Of a stretch of DNA of 64,000 bases, positions 1 to 12,509 are shown piece by piece. The stretch spans positions 186,001 to 250,000 of the forward strand of contig CDMY01000718.1 of the NCBI GenBank assembly GCA_001179505.1. Direction: 5' to 3'. Source of the stretch: Vitrella brassicaformis CCMP3155 (lineage: Eukaryota; Protista; Chromerida). Position 1 is the stretch's first letter. Every line of letters starts with the position of its first letter. The position numbers and the translations under genes are program-made. The notes beneath the pieces were generated by a model. The model searched no databases, had not been told where the DNA came from, and saw nothing but the letters and a program-made list of their open reading frames with translations.

Positions 1-127
1 ATCGGTTTCTGGGTGCCCTAAAATCTGCGAGCTTTGGTGCAGATCAGAAAGAGGGAGCTTCCCAGTTCCTTCCGTGGCTGCTTGATCATTAGGCAACCTT
101 CATCTGCCAAAAACGCCATCTTCAACG

Positions 128-1287
128 ATGTCAGCAAAGGATGATGACCTGCTGGAGTTTGTGAGGCAGCATGAAGATCTGACCTATCTCGAGGACCGAG
201 GGAAGATCAAATGCATCATCACTGACGTACGCGTGGCAGGAGACGAAGGACCACATCACACGCGAATGCCTTGTTTGTGTCATGGTCTGTTCGTCAGCAC
301 GAGATGCCGCTGCGTCGTGATGTTGTAGATGCACATCTGAAGGCCAAGAAGTACCTTGCAGCCAAGAAGGGATGGCACCAGCACGACTACACCCAATACG
401 AGCCGTACATCGTCCCACACAAGACCAACAAGTAGGCCAGCACACCCTGATCCACATGTCCGTCTGTGTGTGTCGTGCGTGTAGGTCAAAGCTCTACTGC
501 ACGCTGACCGGTCACTCGCTGAATCGCAACCCCGATGAGGTGCAGCGAGAGGTCAACGGCCGCAGATACCGCAATGCACTCAAGGCATTCCAAGAACAGG
601 AGGAGAAACAGCGGCGGAAGGACAGACGGAGGCAGGGTACGTCGCGCACATCCGTCCATCCATCCATCCATCCATCCATCTGCCAGATCTGAGTGGGGAT
701 GGGCATGTGTGGCTGTCATGTCGTGCAGAGCGCCGTGAGGCTGCGGAGAGGCGGCGGGCTGAGGGAAAGGGCGATGATGTGGATTTGGACATGATGGACG
801 AGGGTTCCGACAGCAACGATAGCGACGCTGACTCACAGGAGGATGAAGACCACGAAATGGGTGAGCTGAAGCGAAATGGAAGATGAGATGTGAGCCAGCC
901 TGGATACACGCCTGTGTCATGTTTGCAGCTGACGGTGGCGATGAGGCTATGGAGGCCGCCAGCGATGAAGGTGCGGCGGCAGACGAGGATGGCGAGCCAC
1001 AGGAGGGATCAGCTGCCGCAGCCCAACCAGGTGCGCACATCATGTGGCAAGTACATCACGTCTTTCCATCTCACCTCTCTCTACTGTTTTTGCCTTCAGC
1101 AGCGCATCGACGGAGGCCAACTCGCCATCTGCTGGTGGAGAATGACGCCGATGTGCAATCGGCGAAACGGACGGTGCCTGTGGTGACAATGACTAAGCGG
1201 AAGGCGGGCACTACGAAGCAGCTGCAGAAGCTGCTAGAGATGAGATCACAGGGGGCTGCTGCTGGGTCGCAGACTGCCATGATGTGA
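128..1287 (+). CDS. SURF2: Surfeit locus protein 2 (SURF2)-like, multi-exon
   Basis: Spliced exons give KIKCIITD|HEMPLRRDVVDAHLKAKKY...YEPYIVPHKTNK|SKLYCTLTGHSLNRNPDEVQREVNGRRYRNAL, matching the SURF2 pattern (C-x-x-T-x-HE-x-P, EPHIVP, LFCKLT...GRRY). An acidic/basic low-complexity tail follows. Confidence 0.75.
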
Positions 1288-1456
1288 TGGATGACTCCGT
1301 ATGTGCATGAGCAACTGATTTGGACACTATGTGTGGAAATACATTAACTCATAGCGCAACGGCAGGCAGAGTCTCGGTCTCTCATGAAATGAAGGACATT
1401 ACCCTACCCCCCTGCCGCAAAACAAAACTGTCCATTCGTAAATGCGCTCGGGAGCA

Positions 1457-4400
1457 ATGACGCATCCTGACAAGGACGAGCTGCCATGTAAGAAAGAGAG
1501 AGAGAGAGAGAGATCACTCTCTCCTCGCCTCCATCAGCCAATGGATGGATCTCTCGCGTGCGTTGTTCGTTACCTCGTCCATTCACTGTGCTGCCTGCAG
1601 GCGGCCACGAGGTGATTTTGTGGAGTTCCATCTTCGAGGATGCGTCGGCTCCCTTCCCCAGACCAGATGTGTTCAGATCGGCGCTCGAGATCCGCACTCT
1701 CGCGTGCGGCGAAACCGTAGCGGCATTCGTCACCAGTAAGGAGCTCTCCGACGGACGGCCGGGAACCCTCTGTTCTCATTGTGTGTAATGTCTGCAGGCG
1801 ATTATCGTTTGTATGCGATGGAGTGGGGACCGGGGCAGCCGCAGAACCTAGGTAGGCTTCAAAGCGCAGAGAAGAAAGCGGATGACTTAAGGGCGTGACT
1901 ACATTCGACTGTGTGTGCGTGTGTACAGAGGCGTGCAGCCCTCGGCTGATAGAGAGTTTGAAGACCAAGAAGGTGCTGCAGGTGGCCTGCGGACACAAAC
2001 ACATCGCATGCGTCACAGGTACACACGCACAGCACACACACGGACACATTGTTGTGTTGTGTTGTGGCTCTCTTTGTTCCACCAGACACGCACGCCCTCT
2101 ACACGATGGGGGACAACTCCTACATGCAGCTGGGTGTGAGCCCGGAGACCTATGGACAAGAGCAGCAGCGGCTGAATGGCCGGCGGGATGACACATCACA
2201 GCTCAGGTCAGCAAGAGCGAGGAAGGTCGCCAACCCACAAGGGACTAGTTCTTGTGCGGGTTGTTTTCGTGTTCAGGAATCTGCATCAGGTGCGTCTGGG
2301 TGACAACGAGGCTGCCCATCGAGTGGCGTGCGGCGACTACCACACGCTCGTCACCACACGTACTCATACACATTAGTACACATGGGTTTCACGCTCCTTA
2401 TTCGATGTTTTGTGCATTCTTCCTCTCAGGTAGCGGTCAGCTGTACGCAATGGGGGATGGGCGCGACGGCAAACTCGGGACCGCCGACACACGTAACAAG
2501 AGGACGGACCGTGCACAGACATACGTGTGCCGTGTGTGTGTGTGTGTGTCGTGTAGAGCCATCGCTCCCAGTGATGGTTGCGATTCCTGGTGGCCGCGGG
2601 GTAGTCGGTGTAGCTGCTGGAGACCGACACAGCTGTGCTGTCACAGGTATGCAGAATGACATACGTACGCGGAGGAATTGATGGGATGAATGATCAGCTC
2701 GTGGGGAATTGTATGTGTGGGGTTCCAATGCCCGAGGGCAGCTGGCCATGGACCCCGCACAGTGCAGATCCACACACAAACCAACACTGGTCAGAGGGAC
2801 ATGCACTCACACCCACATGCACTCATGGACGTCACAGTCCCTCCTGTTTCCCTTCACTCCTCAGGTATCGGAGCTGCAGGGGTATCGCACAGCAAGGGTG
2901 TCTGCAGCAGAGGGCACCGCGGCGCTGACAGGTATCTGCGGAACTTAGTTGACGACTCATCGGCTCATACACAGGATTTCTACACATGTTTGTGTTCAGA
3001 GGATGGTTTGTTGTTCCTGTGGGGCTGCCACGGCTGGTCCACGCCGCAGCAAGTGGCAAATGCGGCCATCACACAGGTCACAACACACCCACACAGATGC
3101 TGCCATGACGACATTTCCATCTCCATTATCATTACTGTCATCAGGTATCCGTGTCCAAGACGCTCGTGTGCGCCCTCACCACTGACGGCCGCGTGTGGAT
3201 CCGGCCCATATCGCACGAAAACCAGCCGACAGACGAAATCTCCATGGCGTGGGACAAGCAGCTCGTGCAGGTGGCCGCGGGCGGCAACCGCATCATGGCA
3301 CTCGCCATGTCACCCGCCGACCAGGACACATCCATCGGCCCCACACAGCTCAGCCAGACCCACCACAGCCAGCAACGGCAGGCGGCTGACACCATGACCA
3401 CCACCAGTGTGCTCGGCGGGCCGCCCCTCTCCCCACACAGACACAAGACCACGGTGACGGTGCGGACGTCGTCTGCGGCATCGTCCACCTCGCCCCAGGC
3501 GCCCCTGCCCATGATGGCATCCACTGCCCTGCCGACCCCCAGCAGTGCACAGCTGATGAACGGGACTGCTCATGCTGCAGCGGCAGGAGGAGCGGCAGCT
3601 GCGGAAGGAAACCCCCAGCAGCAGAGAGTGCTGGTGGGCAGAATGGAAAAGAAGATGCCTTTATGTGCGTCATTCTTTGAATGTGGTTGTGTGCAGATCC
3701 ACATTCGCCAGGAGGAGAGCGAGACCGATCCCTCGGGGGGCGACCCACACTCCACTGGCACCTCCCCGCCACAGGCACACCACGACCTCTACCAGAGACT
3801 CAGAGATGCCCTCGAAGCAAAGGCAACCATACACACACAGGGGAGACATCACGCAAATGCACCTTACTGTTTTTCTTCTGTTTGTGCAGGATCGTGCCGA
3901 GGAGAAGGCGTCCAAATACCTTCGTGACTATGAGACCATCCGGGTGCGCGAAGCACATGACGCATGCCTCGGCAATGTCATGTGGCGCATCTCTCTTGTC
4001 AGGAAGAGTTGCGCAACGAGTGCCATCGGTGGGAGCATGAGAGCCAGAGGTGAGCATGTCGATGGGAACCGGAGGGATTTCATTCCACGATGGGATGCTT
4101 CGTCTGTGTCTGTCAGGTTTGAGGAGAGTTTGACGTCTGCCAGTCGCACTAATGACAACCTTAACCAACAGCTGCAGGAGGTACTCGCACACGTGCGCAC
4201 CATGGATGCTGTCCAGCCTTTGTCTTGCTGTTGGATGTGTGCAGCTAAGGGACGACCGTGACGACCTCAGACGCCAAAACGACGGCAAACAAAAGTGAGG
4301 AACACACACATGGGCTGTTGTTGTTTTGTGTCTGTCTGTATCTTTCTCTGCTGTATGTCCAGGCAAATCAGGGAACTCCAATCGCAGGTGTGCATTCGGC

Positions 4401-7400
4401 CATTACACGTGAGCAACCATGTACACATATCTTTCCTTTGTTCAGCTGAAGCGCGATGACAGCGATCGCAAGAACATGGTAACTTATGCATTCAATGCAC
4501 GCAATGTGTGCAAAGAACATCCGCCTCCCTGCCGGTCACTGTTGCAGGACATGTCTGTTCGCCGGCTGTCTCGCGAGGCAGAGGAACTGCGAGAGGCAAA
4601 GGTCACACCGCCCACACGGACATGAAACCCGCCTATGTGTGTGTCGTCGTTTCATCCATGTACGTCAGGCTGCGTGGGAGGCTGAGAGGGGCGTGCTGGT
4701 CAAGAGCCGCAGCAAGGCGCAAATGGACGGGGACGAACTCAAACACAAAACACAAGGTGGGGGGAGAAAGCGAGTGGGGTGGGGAGGGCGCCGCTGCTGA
4801 TGCCATGGTGGTGTCCCCCATCTGCAGCGTTAGAGCAGGACCTCACTCGCCAGAAGCAGCTGGTCGAGCGGCAGCAAGCTGACCTCAAAGAGTGAGCAGA
4901 CAGCAGAGAGGGACAACGCATTACTGACAGTTTCTGTCTCTTCTTCTCGTCAGGGAGCGTTTGACGTGCCAGTCGTTGCGTGACAAGCTGACTGAAGTGG
5001 AGGGAGACCTCGTCATGGCCAACCAGCAGCTGTCCGACCTCAGGAAGGGTAAGGCACTGCATCAGACGCACACCTCACAGACTCACGTACGTGCGTGCAC
5101 ATACTCGTCTTCTCCTGCAGGCTGTGCCGAGCTCGAGACGGCCGCACAGCAGGCCAGCACCACTGCCGAGGACCTAGACCACGAAAACAAGAGGTCGGCT
5201 GGCACAGCATCGATGCAAGTCTGCATGGACAGATGTGTCCCTCCCTCCCATCGATCATGCAGGCTCCGCGACGCCCTGGACGACGCCAAGCGCGAGGCTG
5301 ATGAGGCCACAGAGCACCTGCAGCACACCAAGGCGGAATGCGAAACGTACGCTGCTTGCATGTGCGATCAGATGGACTGACCCTGCAGACTTCTTCTGTT
5401 TGTGTGCTGCGTCAGCCTCCGTCAGCAGCACGATCGTGCGGCGCGGCAGCAGAACCGACTCCAGACAGACCTCGAAACGTAAGCACCAGTGGCCCGTTCA
5501 CGGACAGCCAATGCATCCATACATACTGCTCTTTGCAGGGCTCAGTCCAGCGAGAAGGGCCTGGTAGAGGAAGCCAAACGAATCAAGAGCAGCCTAGAAA
5601 CGTACGCGCCAAGGCACACGCACAGATTGATGGATACACAGGGCGGCTGGTGGATGTGCGTGTTTGTAGCGAGAAGCAGCGATGCTCCGAGCTCATGCGG
5701 GAGAAGGAGACGTAAGCGTACCTACACAACGTACACACATACGGCCATGTCATATTCTTACCTGTCCCCTCTATCCCCGCTCAGGCTGTTGGGTGAGGTA
5801 GACGCGGCGCGCACGGAAATCCAGGCCATGGAGCAGTCGCAGGAACGGTACACAGGCAGCCACTCACGCATCAATCAAAAGAGACACGACTTACCGATCT
5901 CGTGTGTGTCTGGATGGATGGATGGATATGTGTGTATGCAGGCTTCAGAGTGAGTTGTCGGAGTTGCAGGCCAAGCAGGCCAGGGACCAGCAGGCACTGC
6001 AGGCGTCGTTCGTCAAACGCCTCAGCGAACTCGAAACACTCAAACAAAAGGAGGTGCGCACTATGATACAAAGCCGCCCCAGATAATCGTTATGTCTGTA
6101 TGTATCTCTGTATACATCAGGAGGGCGAGCATGCGGCTGAGAAGCGTCGGCTATCCGCTGCCATCGAGAGCCTCGAACACGAGAGAGACCAAATCAAATC
6201 ACAACAGAAACGGGTACGCATCAACCAGGCGACATGGCGATGGCGATCCGTATTCGCCTGATACATGGATGCACGTGTGCAGCTGGAGGATCGCGTGGCC
6301 ACCTACAAGGACGCCGCTGACCGGGCAGAGCAGAGCATCGAACAACAGAGACGGAAATCACTGCAGATGCAAAACGATGTAAGGCAGCAATGTGTTGAGA
6401 TGGAAGTGTTCCACGGATTGTCTGCTGCCTTTAATTTCAGTTGGAGCGGGCGGTGGTTCAGAAGGACAACGAAATACAGGCAGTCAAACGCGGCGTGAGC
6501 AAAGGGCGCGGATACGCGTGCTCGCAAAGTATCCTCGCGCCTGTGTGGTTGTGTCTCTCGTTCGTCAGTCACGTGTGCATGAGCAGCAAGTGGCCGAACT
6601 GACCAAGACGCTGGCGGGTCAGCCAGCCGGCACAATAGCACCTACTCACCCTGGCTCTATGTATCTGCACTCTGCCTCTCCCTCTTTAGAGCGCCACGCG
6701 ACGATCCAATCCCTCCAAGACGACCTCGACAAACTGAAAGGAGAACACTCAAAGGTACACACCCAACAGAACGCGCACAAATACCCAAAGACGCTCTCGC
6801 CTTTCTTCCTTCAGGTGTTGATCGAGGCAGCCGAGGCTCGCCGCTACTCAGCAGAGAGGCGAAAGGTGCCGGCATGGAACGGAAAAAATGAACGACCCGC
6901 ATACAATGATAGCTAGCTGTGCCTTGGCTGCGCGGATGCAGGTGACGGATGTGCTGCAGCGCTACGGTCTGCTGGCAGCTGCCGAGGACACATCCCTCGA
7001 CACACGCATCGAGGAGCTCGCTGACACACTGCAGCAGCTGGAGCGCGTCGTCCATGAGAAGTGAGTAAGCTGGTCCATCTCTACTCGTGCGGATGTCCTT
7101 CATGTGCAGGGAGTCGGCGTGTGAGGGATTAGAGCGGCAGGCGGCGTCAAAAGACCGACACATCAAGACGCTAGAACGAAGGCGAGCACAAAGGCAAAAG
7201 AGCCCTCTATCTGTTCCTTTATCCCGTCTTCTCCCCACCTTCCAGAGTGTCAGAGCTGTCGTCTGAGGTCCACTGTCACACTCATGACCCGTGAGCATAC
7301 ATACACTCACCCTCCCACCGCCCTCCAAACACTGTTCTCTGTGTGTCTCAGTGTGTTGTTGGAGAAGATCCACACGTTGGAGGTGGAGGTGTCGGCCAAG

Positions 7401-8971
7401 CAGGAGTACATCGACCAGCTCGAGCAGACTGCCAAGAAGGGCAACGTGCTCCTCTGGGAGAAGGCTACCAACTTAGAAAAGGAGTGCCAGGCCAAGGCCA
7501 CCTACATTGACCAGGTCGAACAGGCGCTAGACGTCACCAGCAGGGACACCGACAGCCTCCGAAAGTAAGTGTATGCTCCCAGGCCTGCATGGTCATGGCG
7601 CTCATATCTCTTCGTGTCTTCTGCAGGCACATAGAGGAGTTGCAGCTGATGATCGAGCGCTATCGGCATGCACACCCATCACTTGGCGGCACTGAAGTGC
7701 CTGCACTCCCGCCACCAGCTAGCGGGTAGCACAACACAAGAGCATCCATACAAGGCACATTGCCAAGGTTTTGTCCCCCTCTCTACGCAGCACTGCGAGT
7801 GGATTTCGCTCTCTGCCTCCGTCTCTGCCCCTCTCCCGTGACCGCGCTCGCTCATCAGATGCGATTGCTCGCAAGTCTCGCATCCCTGTCGGCTACGGAA
7901 GCCAGAAGGGCTCACCCACAATGGGCAGCACACTGCGGCCGAGGGATGATGTAGAGGAGGGCGGCAGCGTCACGAGGGTGGAAGTGGGACACGACGAGGC
8001 GGTAGGGGGATCAGGTAGCTATCATCCACGGCGACATCTGTCCGTCTGTGTGTTCAGGGCTACACGCGTATCCAGGTAGACGCGAGGGTCAGTTCCAACT
8101 CGTCCACATCGAGCCCCCACCACTCGTCCTCCCGGCCGGCATCGCCCCCGCCCCCCATGCCCACGACAGACACCAAGAGTCTGCTGTTCCAGAACCTGAC
8201 CACCATGTCAAGGCACCGCACCAAGGGAACAGATGCACTACCCGCACACGTCAGGGACACCTGAGAGAGAGGGAGTGGAAGAGTGAAATACCGACGACAT
8301 ATCTGATTGTGTCATTGCGTCTCGGTTGCAGGAGCCTCGTCTTGCATCTCCTGCTGTGTTGCGCGACGCCCCATTCAATACCCGTATCGGTGGCAGCGAG
8401 AGGCCCAAGTCCAGCCACGCTGTCGGCAGCCCACCCAAACCACTCGAGTACGACGAGAGACAGGCAAATTCTTCCCTCCGCCTCTAGTGACATCGTGTCT
8501 ACTCCCCGTGTGTCAGTGGTACCAAGCTGCCCGAAGGCTCCTTGTCCTTCACTCCATCGAAGGAGTGCGTCACCAGCAGTGGTGGGAGGGCCGAGGGCAA
8601 CGGGTTGCCGGGCGGCAGGAGCAACGATCGCGTGTCTTCCTTCAGCAGCCCCACATGGGATGACGGCAACAGGGGGCGGGATCTAGACGGACGGGCAGGT
8701 GGGCGGGGCAGCCCTCTCGACGCGGCATCATGCAGAAAGGTGAGTAGAGGCACGACACACGATCCGGAGCATCATGTTGTTCACTGCTGTGTGTGTGCAA
8801 TTGCAGGAGGTGACGGACAAGATAGCTCGTATTCGTGAGGTGATGGAGCGGACTGAGGAGAGGAGCCCCACGCGCCACTCCCCCGTCCATCCCTCGCTGC
8901 CTGTCCCCCGTGTGGCCAGCCCGCCCAATGTGCAGCGCGGGAAGCAACGCAGCAATGAGGGCAAGATGTGA
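1457..8971 (+). CDS. RCC1/BLIP-II repeat protein with long C-terminal coiled coil (many exons)
   Basis: RCC1 repeats in successive exons: QVACGHKHIACVT, LYTMGDNSYMQLG, RVACGDYHTLVTT, LYAMGDGRDGKLG, VAAGDRHSCAVT, YVWGSNARGQL, QVAAGGNRIMAL. E/Q/K/L-rich coiled-coil exons span about 3.9-7.7 kb. The start is inferred from phase-compatible splicing (MTHPDKDELPC|GHEVIL). Confidence 0.8.
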
Positions 8972-9179
8972 AATGGACAGGCGGGCTTGAGACTCATCGA
9001 TGATCGTACATGATTGCTTACAAAATCCTCGCCGAACGTAAATACATGCGGAGTGCGGCCCCCAGAGGGCGTCTCAGACGGGAAATCCAGCAGCACGTTG
9101 TAGTCGGTCACTGCGACTGGCGGCGAGAGTCTGCCACACACAGAGAGGAGAGGAGAAGGACACAGACAGAAGTTCGTCG

Positions 9180-11781
9180 ATGCCGCCCCTATTTGTTGTT
9201 CTTTTGGGCACTGCCCTGTTCATTCCATCGCATGCCGCCCTTGGCAAGGCAGCGACGTCATCGTTCTTCAGGAAGAGATCCCTCCTCACATCGTATGGAA
9301 TGCCTGAGCTTAGCGCCACGCCTCAGGGGACGTTTCCCGACTCATCGTTTGACGCCGATGCTGCCGCCGCGACAGCCAATGGATCCACTGCTGATGTTCG
9401 GCGCAACAGTACATAAAAATGAACAAGTCTGGTGCGTTGAACTTCTCATGCGTACCGGCTTCTCACTTCCTTTGCAGACCGACGGTTGCTGTTCTTGGTG
9501 GAAGTGAACAGGTGAAAGGGAAAAGGAGAGGCCGATGAACGAAGCTTCTCATGCGCACGTGTGTGTCGACAGGCACGGTGCCCGATCTGTGCTCGGCGAA
9601 TACGAGAACATGGAGAACCCTGGCCACTCGTGGCCGGGCGGCAAGGGGTGGCTGACGGCTGTGGGGCAGCGCCAGCACTACGAGGTAGGCCGCATCATTC
9701 GCGAGATCTACATCAAGCAACTCCACTTCCTCAGCGAGAGTTACAAGCCGGTGACGAAAGACTAAGAGAGATGTCTGAGATGTTGCTGGCCTCGTCTCCT
9801 GTCAGGAGGAGGTCTACGTGCGAGCGACAGAAAAGCCGCGAACACTTATGTATTTCCGAAAGGAGGGGCCGGTAGTGGCTTGCCATGTCTGTCTTTCTTG
9901 TGGTCTCAGGTCCGCCCAGAGTCAGATGTACGGCATCTTCCCCAACGGTAGATGAGTGAGCTGCCCACGCATCAATTATGCTTTTTGCCGTCTTGTAGGC
10001 CACGGGTCGAAGCTTTCTGCCGTCAACGGCCGAAGAGCGTTGCTCGTCGGAGTGGAGAATCTCAACGGCAAAATCGACATCGATGCACTCGAGGAGGAGC
10101 TAGCAAAGGACGACACGTGCGCCCTGCCTGTGAGACATACGGCCTGGCCTGCTTTCCTTGCCATGTCGTGTGTCCCTTCAAATGCACGCAGGGCTGCGTG
10201 CCAAGCTTCCCGGTCTTCAGTGCACCAAGACACCATGACCCAATGCTCAGAGGTAGGAACGGCGCGTAAGGGATTCGTTGATGCATGTGCATGTGTGTGG
10301 CTCCTTTACTGCATGCAGCTCACACTTTGGACTGCGCGTACGTAGATGGGCTCATGGAGATGGCCAGGGAGTCGCCGGAGTACAAACACTACACTGATTT
10401 CTATGCCAAGGAGATTCAGGATGGCGCCAAGCTCTACCCACGCATTCTTCCTGATGGTCGCCCCATCAGCCCCTTCAGGTCACCTTTCGCACTGCTGCGT
10501 CTCACCGGCATTGTCGTCATGCTTCGCACGCCATTTCTTGTAATGTGTCTCCCTCTGCATATGATGGCGTGTCTCCAGGACGTTGGCAGGAATTGGCAGC
10601 AACATCAAGTGCGAGGAGACGGACGGCCGCACCCCCATGCTCAGCGGACATAAACACCTGACCAAGTAGGCCAAACGGGGGGAACGAAAGGGGAGTGAGA
10701 TCATGGTGTCTACGTGGTCTCGGCCAGCGTCGCCAAGTATCTCTCAGAGATGCGCATGAGCCTGGTGGGGGCGAATGCAACACAAGGGATAATCAATCCG
10801 TCCCCTGTATGTCACTGCATGCATTGGTGTGCTCACCCCGCGTAGGTGTACGGTCATCCTGCCTTTGCGAACTTTGCGGGCCAATACTTCTTCTCCAGCA
10901 TGGCCGATCTGTTTGAGGCGAAGGCCCACCCGGACAACGATAAGCTGCAGGACTTGGCTTATCACCGCCTCAAAGTGGTGAACACCACACACACACACAC
11001 ACACACACACAACAGACAGACAGACAGACAGACAGACAGATCAAATGGCTGTTTGTTGCAGACACCTGGGATGACCTCTGCCGCCGACTTCTGGGGCACG
11101 CTCAAGTTCATGATGTTTGCCGCACACGATACGACACTGGTAGGCGAATCACGAATCGTCTCGGTCGGATCAGCGGTGTTTGGAAGGACATTCCTTTCCC
11201 TTGTCTCTCTCTCTCTTTTGTTGTGTGGCCACAGTCGTACTTCCTCAGGTGAGAGAGGCACAAGCAAAAGAGGCCACAAGAGGTTGTGTTCTCTCAGGTA
11301 CCTGGAGGGCTTTAGCCACGCCCCGCCGTTCGCATCGGTAGGATCGACACTGCCTACCTGTGGAGATGCGATTTCGATGTTTCTGAGGTCGTTTCTTGCA
11401 TCCAGACCCTCTTCTTGGAACTCTGGGAGGACCCCAGACAGCCCTCAGGCCACTTTGTGAAGGTCAGCCATTTGTTTTGATTCCATCCATTTGTCGACGT
11501 CCTTTCAAATGTGTCTCTGCTGTGTGACGGGTCGTGTGGTTGAGCAGTTCATCTACAACTGGAAGCCCCTCAAGCTCAACTGGTGCGACTATCACGTCGA
11601 GTGTGGTCTTGACAGAGTCATCCAGTACTGGAGGTGAGACACACACACACACGCACGCGAGCACGCACCACAGTGCCTTTGCCCTTTGGGCTGCAGGGAG
11701 AAGGCCAAGATGGATCCGGTCGAGAAGCGCTGCCCCGACGAGTTCCCTGTCATCTACCCACAAGAACGTCCCATGGTCTGA
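9180..11781 (+). CDS. Secreted/lysosomal histidine acid phosphatase (His_Phos_2 family)
   Basis: Hydrophobic N-terminal signal (MPPLFVVLLGTALFIPSHA), RHGARS catalytic motif (~9572), GWLTAVGQRQHYEVG, VYVRATEKPRT and the FAAHDTTL acid motif (~11117). The last exons read NWCDYHVECGLDRVIQYWR|EKAKMDPVEKRCP...PMV*. Confidence 0.85.
10983..11040. repeat. Compound (CA)n(CAGA)n microsatellite, representative of intron repeats throughout the window
   Basis: cacacacacacac...acagacagacagacagacag directly after a GT donor. Similar tracts occur at ~650, 21150, 22220-22360, 30930, 33570 and 51100. Confidence 0.9.
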
Positions 11782-12509
11782 TACGCACAAGCCAAGACAG
11801 CCGCACTTTTACAAAATGAGAGAGATGAGCTAGGAGACCATGACATGGTGAAAGGGGAAAGGAAGGAAAACGGATGTGAATCAGTGGTGCCTTAGGGAGG
11901 TCTCGAATGAGACACGGGACGGACACAAATGTTACGCCTATATATGAATCAGCAACTCACACTAATCAAGAGAAAGCGGCAACACACAACATCACACTAA
12001 CCAAGACAACGTGATCTCAATGTCTCTGCTGTGTGTTGTGTTATTTTGTAGACAGAGTGAGTTTCCTTTGCAGCGCGCCCTTGACCTCTCTCTGTCTGAC
12101 CGGCGGGTATCTATTTGTCTGACTGACGGTCTATTTGTCAATTTGTTGCTGGACTGAAGGGGTGTCACCGCACACACACATCCGCTTCCCTCTGTGTGAG
12201 TGGTTATGTTTTGTGTGACACAAATAAGGGAAGACTCTGTGTGTCATGCACCACACGGGACTTGATGAGAGTGGGCCTTTATTTGTGTTGCCGGCAAAGT
12301 CCGACAGCACGAATACAGAGGTATGCATGTGGACGCGCTGTTATGTCTGTAGAGCATCGATAAAATGCCATTCGACTATGTGATGGTTTGTCTGTCTGCT
12401 ATATTTCATCGCACCGATCACATGCTCATATCAGACACGGAGAGGCCTCACACAGGCCTCTGGATACAGTCAGCCATCTTGAGAAACCAAATCAAGCCTC
12501 TTCTGACAC

